Of a DNA stretch of 24,943 bases, positions 15,801-24,943 are shown piece after piece (position 1 is the stretch's first letter; every line of letters begins with the position of its first letter). The stretch is taken from NCBI GenBank assembly GCA_903898975.1, contig CAIUHT010000984.1, forward strand, positions 1-24,943, given 5' to 3'. The notes beneath the pieces are model-generated. The model was not told where the DNA came from. It ran no database searches and worked only from the letters and a program-made list of their open reading frames with translations. A program made the translations under genes and the position numbers. The DNA comes from an uncultured Planctomycetaceae bacterium. Its GTDB lineage: Bacteria; Planctomycetota; Planctomycetia; Planctomycetales; Planctomycetaceae.

Positions 15801-17648
15801 GATTCCCGTGTGGACGGTGAACTCGCGGCTGAAGACATCGGGATACCAGCGGGGCTCGGGCTGCCGCGGGACGCCCTGCTCATCGAGGGACCAGACGCCC
15901 AGGTTGGAGGACGCGTGATAGTGCGTGACTCCGTACAATCGGCCACGGGTTGGGTCGAGCGCGAGCCGCTGCCATAGCTCGGAAGACGGGATCGCCATGA
16001 CATGCTCGTCGGCGACCCCGCCAGCACGGGGCGCCCCCAATACGTAGACGCGTCCCGTGGTCGGGTGGGCCAGCAGTCGCGAGATGGATTGCAAGCCGGT
16101 CTTCCAAGTCTCGGAATCGCCCGTGGGGATGCCCCGGTCGTCGAGCGGGAGCACTTCGATTTCGCCGGTGGTTTGCGCACTGAGCAGTCGGCGATGGCGT
16201 TCATCGAGCGTCAGTTGGCCTGCCGGTGCGCGGAGCACGCGCGAGTGCAATCGGGCCGACGCGAGGGTTGACTGTTCCAGCGTCTTGTCCCGGTCGGTGG
16301 TGTCGAACGTGACGACCGCGCCATCGAGCACGGTGTAAAGGCGATCGCCCCGAGCCGACAGCACAAAGCGGAGGTAGGTCCGTTCATCACCGACGGTGAC
16401 GGCAGTGACATGCGGCGGCAAGACGCCAGTCGATTCAACCTCGAGCAGGGTAGCCCGCAACTCGAGTCCGCGGATGCGATTCAGGCGGAATTCGGGCGGC
16501 TGCGGTGCGACCGCAGCGGCCAGGCCGGTGCCCAGTCCGAGGACCGTGGTCCTGGCGTTGGCGGAACCGCTGCCGAGGGGTTGGGGGGGACCGGGGGTGC
16601 CATCCTCGGCGAGGGGAATGCGAACGGGCTGAGTTCCCGTCGCGTGCTGAGCCTGGTTGAAGACATCGGTTTCGAGGCGGGGGATGGCGGCGAGGAGTCC
16701 TTCCGACCAGCGACCTCGGGCGAGTGCCTCAAGCGGGGGGCCCATTTGGAACCGAGGCGCGGGGTTGGGCTCGCCCAGACGATCGAGTGGCCACCACGCG
16801 AGGCGCTGATCGGGACCCACGAAGTAGAGTCCCCGTGACCCACTGGCGAAGACCAGGTAAGTCTGCGGGCCATTGGCGATGGGGAAGGCTCGGGGCGAGC
16901 CGGTGATGAGCCCCTGTTCGTCGAGATCGACCACCTCGAGTGTCGAGGGATAAGTACCGAGATAGGCCCGGCGACCGGGGGTGTCTAACGCGAGAGCGTA
17001 TTTGCCATAACCCCCGACCGGTTGATTGACCCCGGGGCCGCGAAAATGCCCCTCGGCATCCAGGTCGACGTGCGAGAGAGCGGGGTGTCCCCAACCGACG
17101 AGGTAGAGGCGGGACAGCCGGGGGTGGGGGACGATGGCCTGCACATCTCCCTGCGGGTTGCCAGTGGCCACGCTGCGGAGTGGGCCGACGGGCTCGCCCT
17201 GTTGGTCGAGGTCGTAAACGCCCAGGGTCTGCTTGGTCTGCGGCTGGCTCGACGAGACGCCGAAGTAGAGCCTGCGGCGGGGCGCGTCGAGATGCAGGAC
17301 GGTGGGCCACGTCCATTGACCGGGGGGGAGGGGTTCGAGCGAGTCGGGATAGCGGCGGGGCCGACCAGAGGGGCGGCCTTGAGGGTCGAGATCGAAGACC
17401 CAGAGGCTGAGGCGGTCGGCGGCGTGGCGACGAACCCCGGCGTACAACTTGTGGCGGGCGGGGTCGTGGACGAGCGCGCCGACTTCCGGTGCCGTGGTGG
17501 GGCCCAGTGGCAGCAGGGTGAGCGGTGCGGGCTCGGCGGCCCGGGCCTGGGCCACTCCGCCGGGAAGGCTTGTCCCGAAACCTGCCCAGAGCACCAGGAC
17601 CAGTCCCAGCCAACCGTGTCCGACGTGTCGCAGCATTGCAGCGTCCAC
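12876..17648 (-). CDS. Large secreted protein: two beta-propeller blocks + GH-A-clan (GH42-like) catalytic barrel + beta-galactosidase trimerisation-like domain
   Basis: Signal peptide ending AQARA-AEP. Repeated hxhDPxxxRLYxG...hhxLDxxGxP blades. HLADEP (14601 region) and WTEDW (14160-14174) fit acid/base and nucleophile positions. The RVAIVFP...HAAL...VDFL...DWTRQGGTL block is class-I GATase-like. The start could be GTG 17648 or ATG 17636. Confidence 0.8.
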   Translation of the reverse strand: MDAAMLRHVGHGWLGLVLVLWAGFGTSLPGGVAQARAAEPAPLTLLPLGPTTAPEVGALVHDPARHKLYAGVRRHAADRLSLWVFDLDPQGRPSGRPRRYPDSLEPLPPGQWTWPTVLHLDAPRRRLYFGVSSSQPQTKQTLGVYDLDQQGEPVGPLRSVATGNPQGDVQAIVPHPRLSRLYLVGWGHPALSHVDLDAEGHFRGPGVNQPVGGYGKYALALDTPGRRAYLGTYPSTLEVVDLDEQGLITGSPRAFPIANGPQTYLVFASGSRGLYFVGPDQRLAWWPLDRLGEPNPAPRFQMGPPLEALARGRWSEGLLAAIPRLETDVFNQAQHATGTQPVRIPLAEDGTPGPPQPLGSGSANARTTVLGLGTGLAAAVAPQPPEFRLNRIRGLELRATLLEVESTGVLPPHVTAVTVGDERTYLRFVLSARGDRLYTVLDGAVVTFDTTDRDKTLEQSTLASARLHSRVLRAPAGQLTLDERHRRLLSAQTTGEIEVLPLDDRGIPTGDSETWKTGLQSISRLLAHPTTGRVYVLGAPRAGGVADEHVMAIPSSELWQRLALDPTRGRLYGVTHYHASSNLGVWSLDEQGVPRQPEPRWYPDVFSREFTVHTGITRNPRPAIARRGTLSALWLDPVRQRLYVGGSPENPQREEGFLAVYSLDAQGDPRDNTTAPASDRDARPRAYLSQNTGSSPLALVVAPQGRELWEAGWGDSRLFRWRLDEHGEPQGLPTPHPAREQGKSELAFTPSGTQLFAGSWPGQLERIAFDPEGQPRVGALASLEVAGKSLPLPFLAPGIQSDWVPLDEHLKDGLGRAVARLVLRGGDVSRARVILEVRHRPESGEPRVKAFELELIGSAAAVLLPRLGEAAGDDYWAQVESSTDYYERCRDYARKHAVPPEYRPRQFLISNGVIGIDANSRALEAGLEAVELLGHNTVQVWGFAGTDGARVGQRIRQHRLPRARAAIYNPPAYFDYDRPQVEPGFLDTWASGQAGSLIGQGAGTDELALFHLADEPGWYFPAQFAEVTQSSDRLRVFHDFLRGKGLQPADLGETTWEAVAPLGQSAARASVAKRRLHYWTARFYAESLSQSFAAATAALQRKLNQRVLTTTNLNNWPGRFYIPSPGQPIANNTDRGPDAAMGMPDWFDLGRKRAVTCLWTEDWFADHDAGLWSLYADLLRSATREQELEFGGYVVGQSTGWSGLPDGGALKMLALIGHGAKVIDPYTFGPNAAFADGWSDSEARYQSLSRGIELLGRAEALLYPGRPRPARVAIVFPQASQVWNDDARVPEYLHELYGLHAALVHSHHTVDFLDDVALAEGRLQAGGYRAAYVTAPDLSLVAQQRLVDWTRQGGTLAVLPGACGFDEVHEPTPLFATELQTGQGSEIPRKAALGVHELGNAPRQRLVLEPGAGRLTPTSPDDAGLATPYSVNPLAGATGSVLVRTDKDLPVLVVRKTGTGQVVQYGCWPGASYWGSPDRGDVTRLPVGWSAQWRELATLPTRLAQVPIDVQVSEELIEPALLESEKGIAVTLLNWSGSPKTAVDVTVSDVGFTPRQVRTARGAAVEFQHAETTLRARLPLNTVDVLLIER

Positions 17649-17871
17649 TCACTGAGAAACGGGGATCTCCCAGCGGGTCACTCTAGTTCATGATGTGGTG
17701 CGACGCAGCCGAACGCCGGGACCCTGTGGCCGGGGGTCCGCACTGGACGATCGATAACGCGTGACCTTACAGCGACACGCTGCGCCGCCAAACGCTGTGT
17801 GCCCCGGTGCTGTGTGGCGACGGACTGTGCGCTGGAGGCGGTGCACTGGAGGCTGTGAACTGGGGCCTGTT

Positions 17872-18843
17872 CTAACGCGGCAGCGGAATCTGCTGCATGA
17901 GGGTGTCGAGCACGGCGCGGCGGTCGGTGCCGGTCTGGCGGGCGCGGTTGTCGAGGACAAGGCGATGCGCGAGGACGGCGGGGGCCAGTGTCTTGACGTC
18001 ATCGGGCAGCACGAAGCTGCGGCCCCGCAGCAGGGCACGGGCGCGGGCAAGGCGGGCGAGCTGCAACGAACCGCGGGTCGAGACCCCCAGCCTCACACCC
18101 GCCGCCTGGCGTGTTCCCGCCACCAGCCGCAGCAGGTAGTCGAGCACGCTGTCGTCCAGGGTGACCTCCAGCACCTGCCGTTGCAGGTCGAGCACCTGCT
18201 GCGGGGTGGCCACGGGCTGGAGTTGCGCGACCGGTTCGCCCCGGCGCTGGTCGATCAGGATCTGGCGTTCGATTTCCAGCGGGACATGTCCCAGCGTGAG
18301 ACAGACCCAGAAGCGGTCGAGCTGGGCTTCAGGGAGGGGATAGGTGCCGTGGTATTCCAGCGGGTTCTGCGTGGCGATGCAGAAGAACGGCGGGGTGAGG
18401 GGCCAGGTCTGGCCATCGACGGTGACCTGTCCCTCGGCCATTGCCTCGAGCAGAGCCGACTGGGTGCGGGGCGAGGCGCGGTTGATTTCGTCGGCGATCA
18501 GCACATTGGTGAAGATGGGCCCGGGATTGAACCGGAACGTCCCCAGTTGCGAATCGGGGAGCGAGGCCCCCAGGATGTCGCTGGGGAGCAGGTCGGGGGT
18601 GAACTGCACGCGTTTGAAGCCGCAGCTGAGCGAGGCGGCGAGCGCCTTGGCGAGCGTGGTCTTGCCCGACCCGGGAATGTCCTCGACGAGCGCATGCCCA
18701 CCCGCCAGGAGGCAGCAGACCAGCAGTTCCAGCGAGGGCCGCTGCCCCTGGATGACCCGCTCGAGATTGGCCAACAACGCCACCAGGACCGCCGGGGTGG
18801 CGGTCGCAGGGGAGTTGTTGCCGGCGGCTGATTCGGCGGGCAT
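17872..18843 (-). CDS. moxR: MoxR-family AAA+ ATPase (MoxR proper type)
   Basis: EDIPGSGKT Walker A, RVQFTPDLLPSDILG, ADEINRASPRTQSALLEAM, ATQNP, GTYPLPEAQLDRF, GVSTRG and VLPDDVK..A..VLAHR. Confidence 0.95.
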   Translation of the reverse strand: MPAESAAGNNSPATATPAVLVALLANLERVIQGQRPSLELLVCCLLAGGHALVEDIPGSGKTTLAKALAASLSCGFKRVQFTPDLLPSDILGASLPDSQLGTFRFNPGPIFTNVLIADEINRASPRTQSALLEAMAEGQVTVDGQTWPLTPPFFCIATQNPLEYHGTYPLPEAQLDRFWVCLTLGHVPLEIERQILIDQRRGEPVAQLQPVATPQQVLDLQRQVLEVTLDDSVLDYLLRLVAGTRQAAGVRLGVSTRGSLQLARLARARALLRGRSFVLPDDVKTLAPAVLAHRLVLDNRARQTGTDRRAVLDTLMQQIPLPR

Positions 18844-18888
18844 GCGCGCCTCGCTGGAAGGGAGGAGGTTGGAACCGGACCACGGGGT

Positions 18889-20715
<1,827 letters not shown>

Positions 20716-21698
20716 GACGAGGGGGTGTCCAAAAAAACGGTGACAGGGGCAGCCGCCAGCCAGGGCGGGCGGAAACGGGTGTTCAAAGACAAAGACAGGA
20801 TGCAGCGGAAGCAGACTGCGCAGGCCGCCGGGGAGTTGAGCCCGGGGGGTGTCGAGAGAGTGTGTCGCAGGGCGACGGTGGTTCGTGTTCTGTGAAGTCT
20901 TGAGCGTGAAAGCGGACCTGGGTCGACAGCGGTCTAGGGCAGGGAGGCGAAGCGGGGGTTGGCTGGCCAGAGAGCTCAGCATTCCACCGCGAGTCGGCAG
21001 GGCCAGCCAGCCCATTGGAGTGTTGATCTCTCTCAGGGCTGTTTTAATAGCCGGCCCGGCCGTCACTGGCCTCACCTTGACCCGCCTCAGCCCGGTGGCT
21101 GCCTTCCCTCGCCGTTGATCGTCCGCCCTGTTCAAACCGGGCCAGTCACAAGCGACTGGTTCGCGAGGAACTGGTTCTGAGGACACCGGGCCGGAAGGGA
21201 CGGATGCCTGAGGGAACCGGTCGAGGGCGAAACCTGCGAGCGACTGGTCGGGGAAGGGGGGCTGCTGGGCCGTCAGGCTGATCAGGGCGACACCCCCAGC
21301 GACTGCCAGAAGGTACGCTTACCCCTGCTGCGTGCCGGCCGCCGACCACGCGGCGTCCGGGGGCCGATCGAGCTGATCGCGCCGGAGGCGGTGGAGAAAA
21401 GAGGCGGTCAACTGGGCGCGGGACATGCGATGGCTCCCGGACTGGTCCCGGGAGAGAGTGGAGGGAGAAAAACGGGGTTGCTGCCGGTACCGAGGGAAGC
21501 GACACGCAGCCGCCACTCTCGGAGCCGCAACACGCGGCTGACATGCCTGGCGTTCACGCTGCCAGGTCATGCCGGTCCCGGTCCTGGGCCGACCGCACAC
21601 GCCGCGACGGAAGCGACAGCGGGAGCGGAGCTTGCCAGGGACACGGGCCACCCGTCCGCCGAGACGCTTGCTGGCGGGGGCCTCCCCAAGGAACTAGC

Positions 21699-21728
21699 AT
21701 TGTCGCAGCCAGTGCCCCCGGCGACAAT
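21699..21728. promoter_or_regulatory. Symmetric bidirectional promoter candidate or operator between typA and mfnB
   Basis: Inverted repeat ATTGTCGC (21699-21706) / GCGACAAT (21721-21728). Both strands read TTGTCG-N17-GACAAT. Confidence 0.45.
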
Positions 21729-21769
21729 CCCAAGGTGTTCGGGCTTCTTGGAACCTTCATCCCACTGCC

Positions 21770-22690
21770 GTGCCCCACTCTGGTTCGCTGCGAGCCGCCC
21801 GTCACCGACCCGGCCCCCCAGAACTGCTGGTGAGCGTACGTCACCCGGTCGAGGTTCCCGCCGCCCTGGCCGGGGGGGCCTTGATCATCGACGTCAAAGA
21901 CCCCTCGCGGGGCCCCTTGGGCCGGGCGGACGCCACAGCCTGGCAGGCGATTGCCCGGGCGACCGGGAACCACGTCCCCCTCAGCCTGGCGTGGGGGGAA
22001 TTGGCCGATTGGGGCCCGGCGACCCCCCTCCCCGCCGTCCCGCGCGGAACCCAGTTCATCAAGCTGGGCGTCGCGGGCCTGTCTGTGAACGAAGTTTCGC
22101 AACGCTGGCAGTCACTGCGGCACCGTTTCGCGCTTGGTGAACGTGTCACGGGAGGAGTCACTCAGCCTTCGGGCCTGAGGGACGTGACCGAGCCTTCCGA
22201 CCCGAGGGGAGGCGAACCCGCCGTAGGGTCATCCACCACCCTGGGCCCCGAGTGGGTGCTGGCGTGCTATGCCGACCATGTCGCCGCTCAAGCCCCCGCC
22301 CCGGAACTGTTGTTTCGCCTGGCGAGTGAACTGGGCTGCCAGACGGTGCTGGTCGACACCCACGACAAGCACGGACCCCGGCTGACCGAATTGTGCCCGC
22401 TGGAACAACTGGCGGAATGGGTCTCGCTCACGGCTCGACTGGGTCTGAAGCTGGCGTTGGCGGGACGGTTGCGACTGGCTGATGCCGGGCTGTTGGCCCG
22501 GGTGGGACCGGCGATTGTGGGGATCCGCTCGGCGGCCTGCCCGGCGGGAGATCGCCAGGGTGGGGTTGAAGCCGGGCTGGTGCGGGCCTTTGCCCAGGCC
22601 CTCGCGGCAGAGCCCGTCTGGCCCCAGCCTGTGCCCACCAGCGAGCTGGCGGGGAGCCGGGCTCCCCTGCCCGGTACCTGCTCCGGGTAA
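21770..22690 (+). CDS. mfnB: (5-formylfuran-3-yl)methyl phosphate synthase (4-HFC-P synthase, methanofuran biosynthesis)
   Basis: LLVSVR...E...A..GGA.IIDVKDPSRGPLG, SLAWGE, FIKLG, LVDTHDK, LALAGRL and IVGIRSAAC fit the MfnB/DUF556 family. The exact start is uncertain (GTG 21770 or closer to LLVSV at ~21824). Confidence 0.88.
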   Translation: MPHSGSLRAARHRPGPPELLVSVRHPVEVPAALAGGALIIDVKDPSRGPLGRADATAWQAIARATGNHVPLSLAWGELADWGPATPLPAVPRGTQFIKLGVAGLSVNEVSQRWQSLRHRFALGERVTGGVTQPSGLRDVTEPSDPRGGEPAVGSSTTLGPEWVLACYADHVAAQAPAPELLFRLASELGCQTVLVDTHDKHGPRLTELCPLEQLAEWVSLTARLGLKLALAGRLRLADAGLLARVGPAIVGIRSAACPAGDRQGGVEAGLVRAFAQALAAEPVWPQPVPTSELAGSRAPLPGTCSG

Positions 22691-22694
22691 CACC

Positions 22695-24943
22695 ATGCCC
22701 ACTCCCCGAGCACCCCAAAGAAAGGCTGAGTCCCCCCGAGGGGGAGTTCCCCAAGGGCCCCTGGGCTGGCTCGCGGTCGCCTGGGTGGTGTTGTTCACGA
22801 CGGTGTTTTTCAGCGCCCGCCTGGCGAACAACCCGGCCCAAGACCGGGTCTCGCTCTTGTTGCTGGCCCCCGAACGCCTCCAGGCCCCCTTCTTTCCCTC
22901 CCCCGAGCAGGCCCGCACGATCTCCTTCGGGAATCTCGCCGACCGGGGTGACCTGCTGCTGGTCGCCGGGCTGGTGTGGTTCGCGGCATGGGGCTGGGGC
23001 CGGTGCCTGCTGGCACTGGGGCGCGTCTCGCAGGCTGGGCTCACGCGAGCGGAGCGGCACTGGCTGGCGGCGGCCTGTGGCATCGTGCTGATCTCGCTGG
23101 CCACGCTGGTGGCCGGGTGGCTGGGTGTGCTGCAGACGCCCATCTTTCGGACCGTGGCCGTCTTGGGCGGAGTGGCCGGTCTGGCCACCTGCTGGCCCCG
23201 TCGAAATCTCGGCCTTGGGGAAGTCGCGAACCCCTCGATGAAGGCTGTCCCCGAACGCGTTGGCGTTGGGGAGGGGTCTGCGGTGGCCCATCCTGCGGAC
23301 CAGGCTGGTCCGCGTGAGTCGGGCGTGGTCGACAACCCGTCCCCGCACTCCCATGAGACAGCGACAGGCAGCGAGGGGCGTCGGCCGGGACTGGGACAGG
23401 GCCCTGGGCTCGAAGGCGGTCGGGCGCCCTGGAGGGGAATGGGCTGGTGGCTGTTGGCGATGGCGCCGTTTGTTGCCGTGCAGGTCCTGGGGGCGTTGCT
23501 GCCCTCGTCCGACTTCGATGTGAACGAGTACCACTTTGGCGGCCCGAAAGAGTGGTTTCAGGCCGGGCGGATTCACTGGTTGCCGCACAACGTCTACACC
23601 AGCTTTCCCTTCGCGACCGAGATGCTGACGCTGGCGGGAATGGTGTTGCATGGCGACTGGTATCGCGGGGCCGTTGCGGGGAAGACGGCGTTGTGTGGGT
23701 TGGGACTGCTGACGGCGGCGGGCTTGTACTTCGCCGGTCGGCGGTGGTTCGGTCGCCCAACGGGAGCCTGGGCGGCCCTGATCTGGGTGAGTCAGCCCTG
23801 GACGTATCGGATTGGGACAATCGCCTATGCCGAGGGAGGGCTGTGCGCGGCACTCGCCTGGGGACTGTGGGTCCTGTCGCTCCGCTCGGCGACGGTTGAA
23901 AATCAAGCGGAGGTGGCAGGCCGGCTCGAGCAGTTCTCTGCCCGCACTGGGTCCACACGGCGGCTCACGCCCTGGTTGGCATTGGGGTTGGGGCTGTGCG
24001 CGGGCTGGGGGATGGCGTGCAAGTATCCCGGATTGATCTCAGCGGTCATTCCCCTGGGGGTCGCGTGTGGCTGGTTGGCGTGGCGGGACGCGCAGCGAAG
24101 CGAGTTGTTCCACCCTCCATATGAGGGCCCTGCAACAGCGAGCGGAACATCACGCGTCGGAGCGTTCGCGAAGTTGGTGGGGGCCTGGGGGTGGTTTGGT
24201 GTGGGAGTCGCGGCGGTGGCTGGGCCGTGGCTGCTGAAGAACCTGTGGGAGACGGGGAACCCGGTGTATCCCCTGGGGTGGACGGTGTTTGGTGGGGCCG
24301 ATTGGGACGCCGAGTTGAATCGCCGGTGGCGAGCCGCCCATTCGTCCAGCGAGTTCACGCTGGCCAGCGTGGGGAATCTGGCGATCGACATTCTGTGGCG
24401 GAACGACTGGGTGTCCCCGGCGGTGGGAGCCCTGTTGCCCGTGGCGTTGCTCGCCTCGGCCCGACGAAAGGTGGCGTGGCGGCTCGCGGGATACCTGCTG
24501 TGGCTGTTCGCCTCGGTCTGGGCGTTCACCCATCGGTTGGATCGCTTTTGGGTCCCGCTGTTGCCAGTGGGGGCGCTGCTGGCGGGACGGGGCGCGGTGG
24601 TGCTGTTCGAAGCGTGGGGCTGGCCCGGAGTGCCCCTGGTGAATCTGCCTCGCCTGCCTCAATTGGCGCGGGGCCTGTTGGCGATCTTCGCCGGGGTGTT
24701 TTGGCTGTACTGCCTGGTGCTGGATGTGAGCCCCCTGGGAGGGAACAACGCGTACCTGATGAAGTTCTCTGACGCGGCCCAGACGGTCGCCAGCCTGACA
24801 GCGCCCGAGCTGGTCGAACTGAACGAGCGGCTGCCCGCGGGGAGTCGTGTGTTGGCGGTGGGTGATGCCGAGATGTTCGAGGCCCGCTTCGCGGTCGATT
24901 ACAACACGGTCTTCGACCACTGCCTGCTGGAACAGTGGCTGGC
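22695..24943 (+). CDS. Polytopic membrane glycosyltransferase, GT-C superfamily (ArnT/PMT-like); 3'-truncated by the window edge
   Basis: Translated by hand from the ATG at 22695 (4 nt after the mfnB stop), with no stop to the window end: MPTPRAP...WLAVAWVVLF...PSSDFDVNEYHFGGPKEW...HNVYTSFP..TEML...AYAEG...GMACKYPG...PWLLKN...TGNPVYP...DRFWVPLLP...YNTVFDH. It has many TM helices and a D-x-x-x-Y-H first-loop motif typical of GT-C enzymes. Confidence 0.82.
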   Translation, partial: MPTPRAPQRKAESPRGGVPQGPLGWLAVAWVVLFTTVFFSARLANNPAQDRVSLLLLAPERLQAPFFPSPEQARTISFGNLADRGDLLLVAGLVWFAAWGWGRCLLALGRVSQAGLTRAERHWLAAACGIVLISLATLVAGWLGVLQTPIFRTVAVLGGVAGLATCWPRRNLGLGEVANPSMKAVPERVGVGEGSAVAHPADQAGPRESGVVDNPSPHSHETATGSEGRRPGLGQGPGLEGGRAPWRGMGWWLLAMAPFVAVQVLGALLPSSDFDVNEYHFGGPKEWFQAGRIHWLPHNVYTSFPFATEMLTLAGMVLHGDWYRGAVAGKTALCGLGLLTAAGLYFAGRRWFGRPTGAWAALIWVSQPWTYRIGTIAYAEGGLCAALAWGLWVLSLRSATVENQAEVAGRLEQFSARTGSTRRLTPWLALGLGLCAGWGMACKYPGLISAVIPLGVACGWLAWRDAQRSELFHPPYEGPATASGTSRVGAFAKLVGAWGWFGVGVAAVAGPWLLKNLWETGNPVYPLGWTVFGGADWDAELNRRWRAAHSSSEFTLASVGNLAIDILWRNDWVSPAVGALLPVALLASARRKVAWRLAGYLLWLFASVWAFTHRLDRFWVPLLPVGALLAGRGAVVLFEAWGWPGVPLVNLPRLPQLARGLLAIFAGVFWLYCLVLDVSPLGGNNAYLMKFSDAAQTVASLTAPELVELNERLPAGSRVLAVGDAEMFEARFAVDYNTVFDHCLLEQWL

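Noticed and set aside
13127-17693. Long + strand ORFs (297, 260, 403 and 223 aa) and the 353-aa and 307-aa minus-strand ORFs
   Set aside because: Antisense or alternate-frame shadows of the 1590-aa gene, expected at this GC content.
20716-21186. N-terminal 157 aa of the 765-aa TypA ORF
   Set aside because: TypA proteins begin a few residues before IRNIAIIAH, so the extension is an ORF-caller artefact.
21181-21260. SRP-RNA-like GCCGGAAGG stretch
   Set aside because: It lacks the conserved CAGG...GGAAG.AGCAG helix-8 context.
22229-24920. Long minus-strand ORFs (368, 492, 305, 208 and 256 aa)
   Set aside because: Antisense shadows of mfnB and the GT-C gene, whose + strand frame is missing from the track because it has no stop in the window.

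Overview
GC-rich chromosomal window, most likely from a Planctomycete. This is inferred from a PEP-CTERM surface protein, an archaeal-type methanofuran gene (mfnB) and long secreted propeller/hydrolase proteins. I can support 12 CDS. In order: PEP-CTERM beta-propeller protein (-), Zn-dependent MDR dehydrogenase (+), cysC (-), conserved-looking hypothetical protein (+), ABC exporter with a fused DUF1854-like domain (-), 734-aa orphan protein (-), YgjV-like membrane protein (-), ~1590-aa secreted double-propeller/GH42-like protein (-), MoxR AAA+ ATPase (-), typA/bipA (-), mfnB (+) and a GT-C-type membrane glycosyltransferase running off the right edge (+; missing from the ORF track). I found no rRNA, tRNA, CRISPR array, transposase or integrase. 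The strongest leads are (1) the 734-aa orphan with two Xre/MbcA/ParS-like W-L-x-x-P motifs and a Cys cluster, behind an AT-rich promoter region containing a LexA-like palindrome, (2) a 14-bp VNTR in the 1.3-kb gene-poor gap next to it, (3) a symmetric bidirectional promoter candidate between typA and mfnB, (4) twin 18-bp sites upstream of cysC and (5) a MoxR with no VWA/DUF58 partner, upstream of the giant secreted enzyme. All family calls come from motif recognition by eye; no searches were run.
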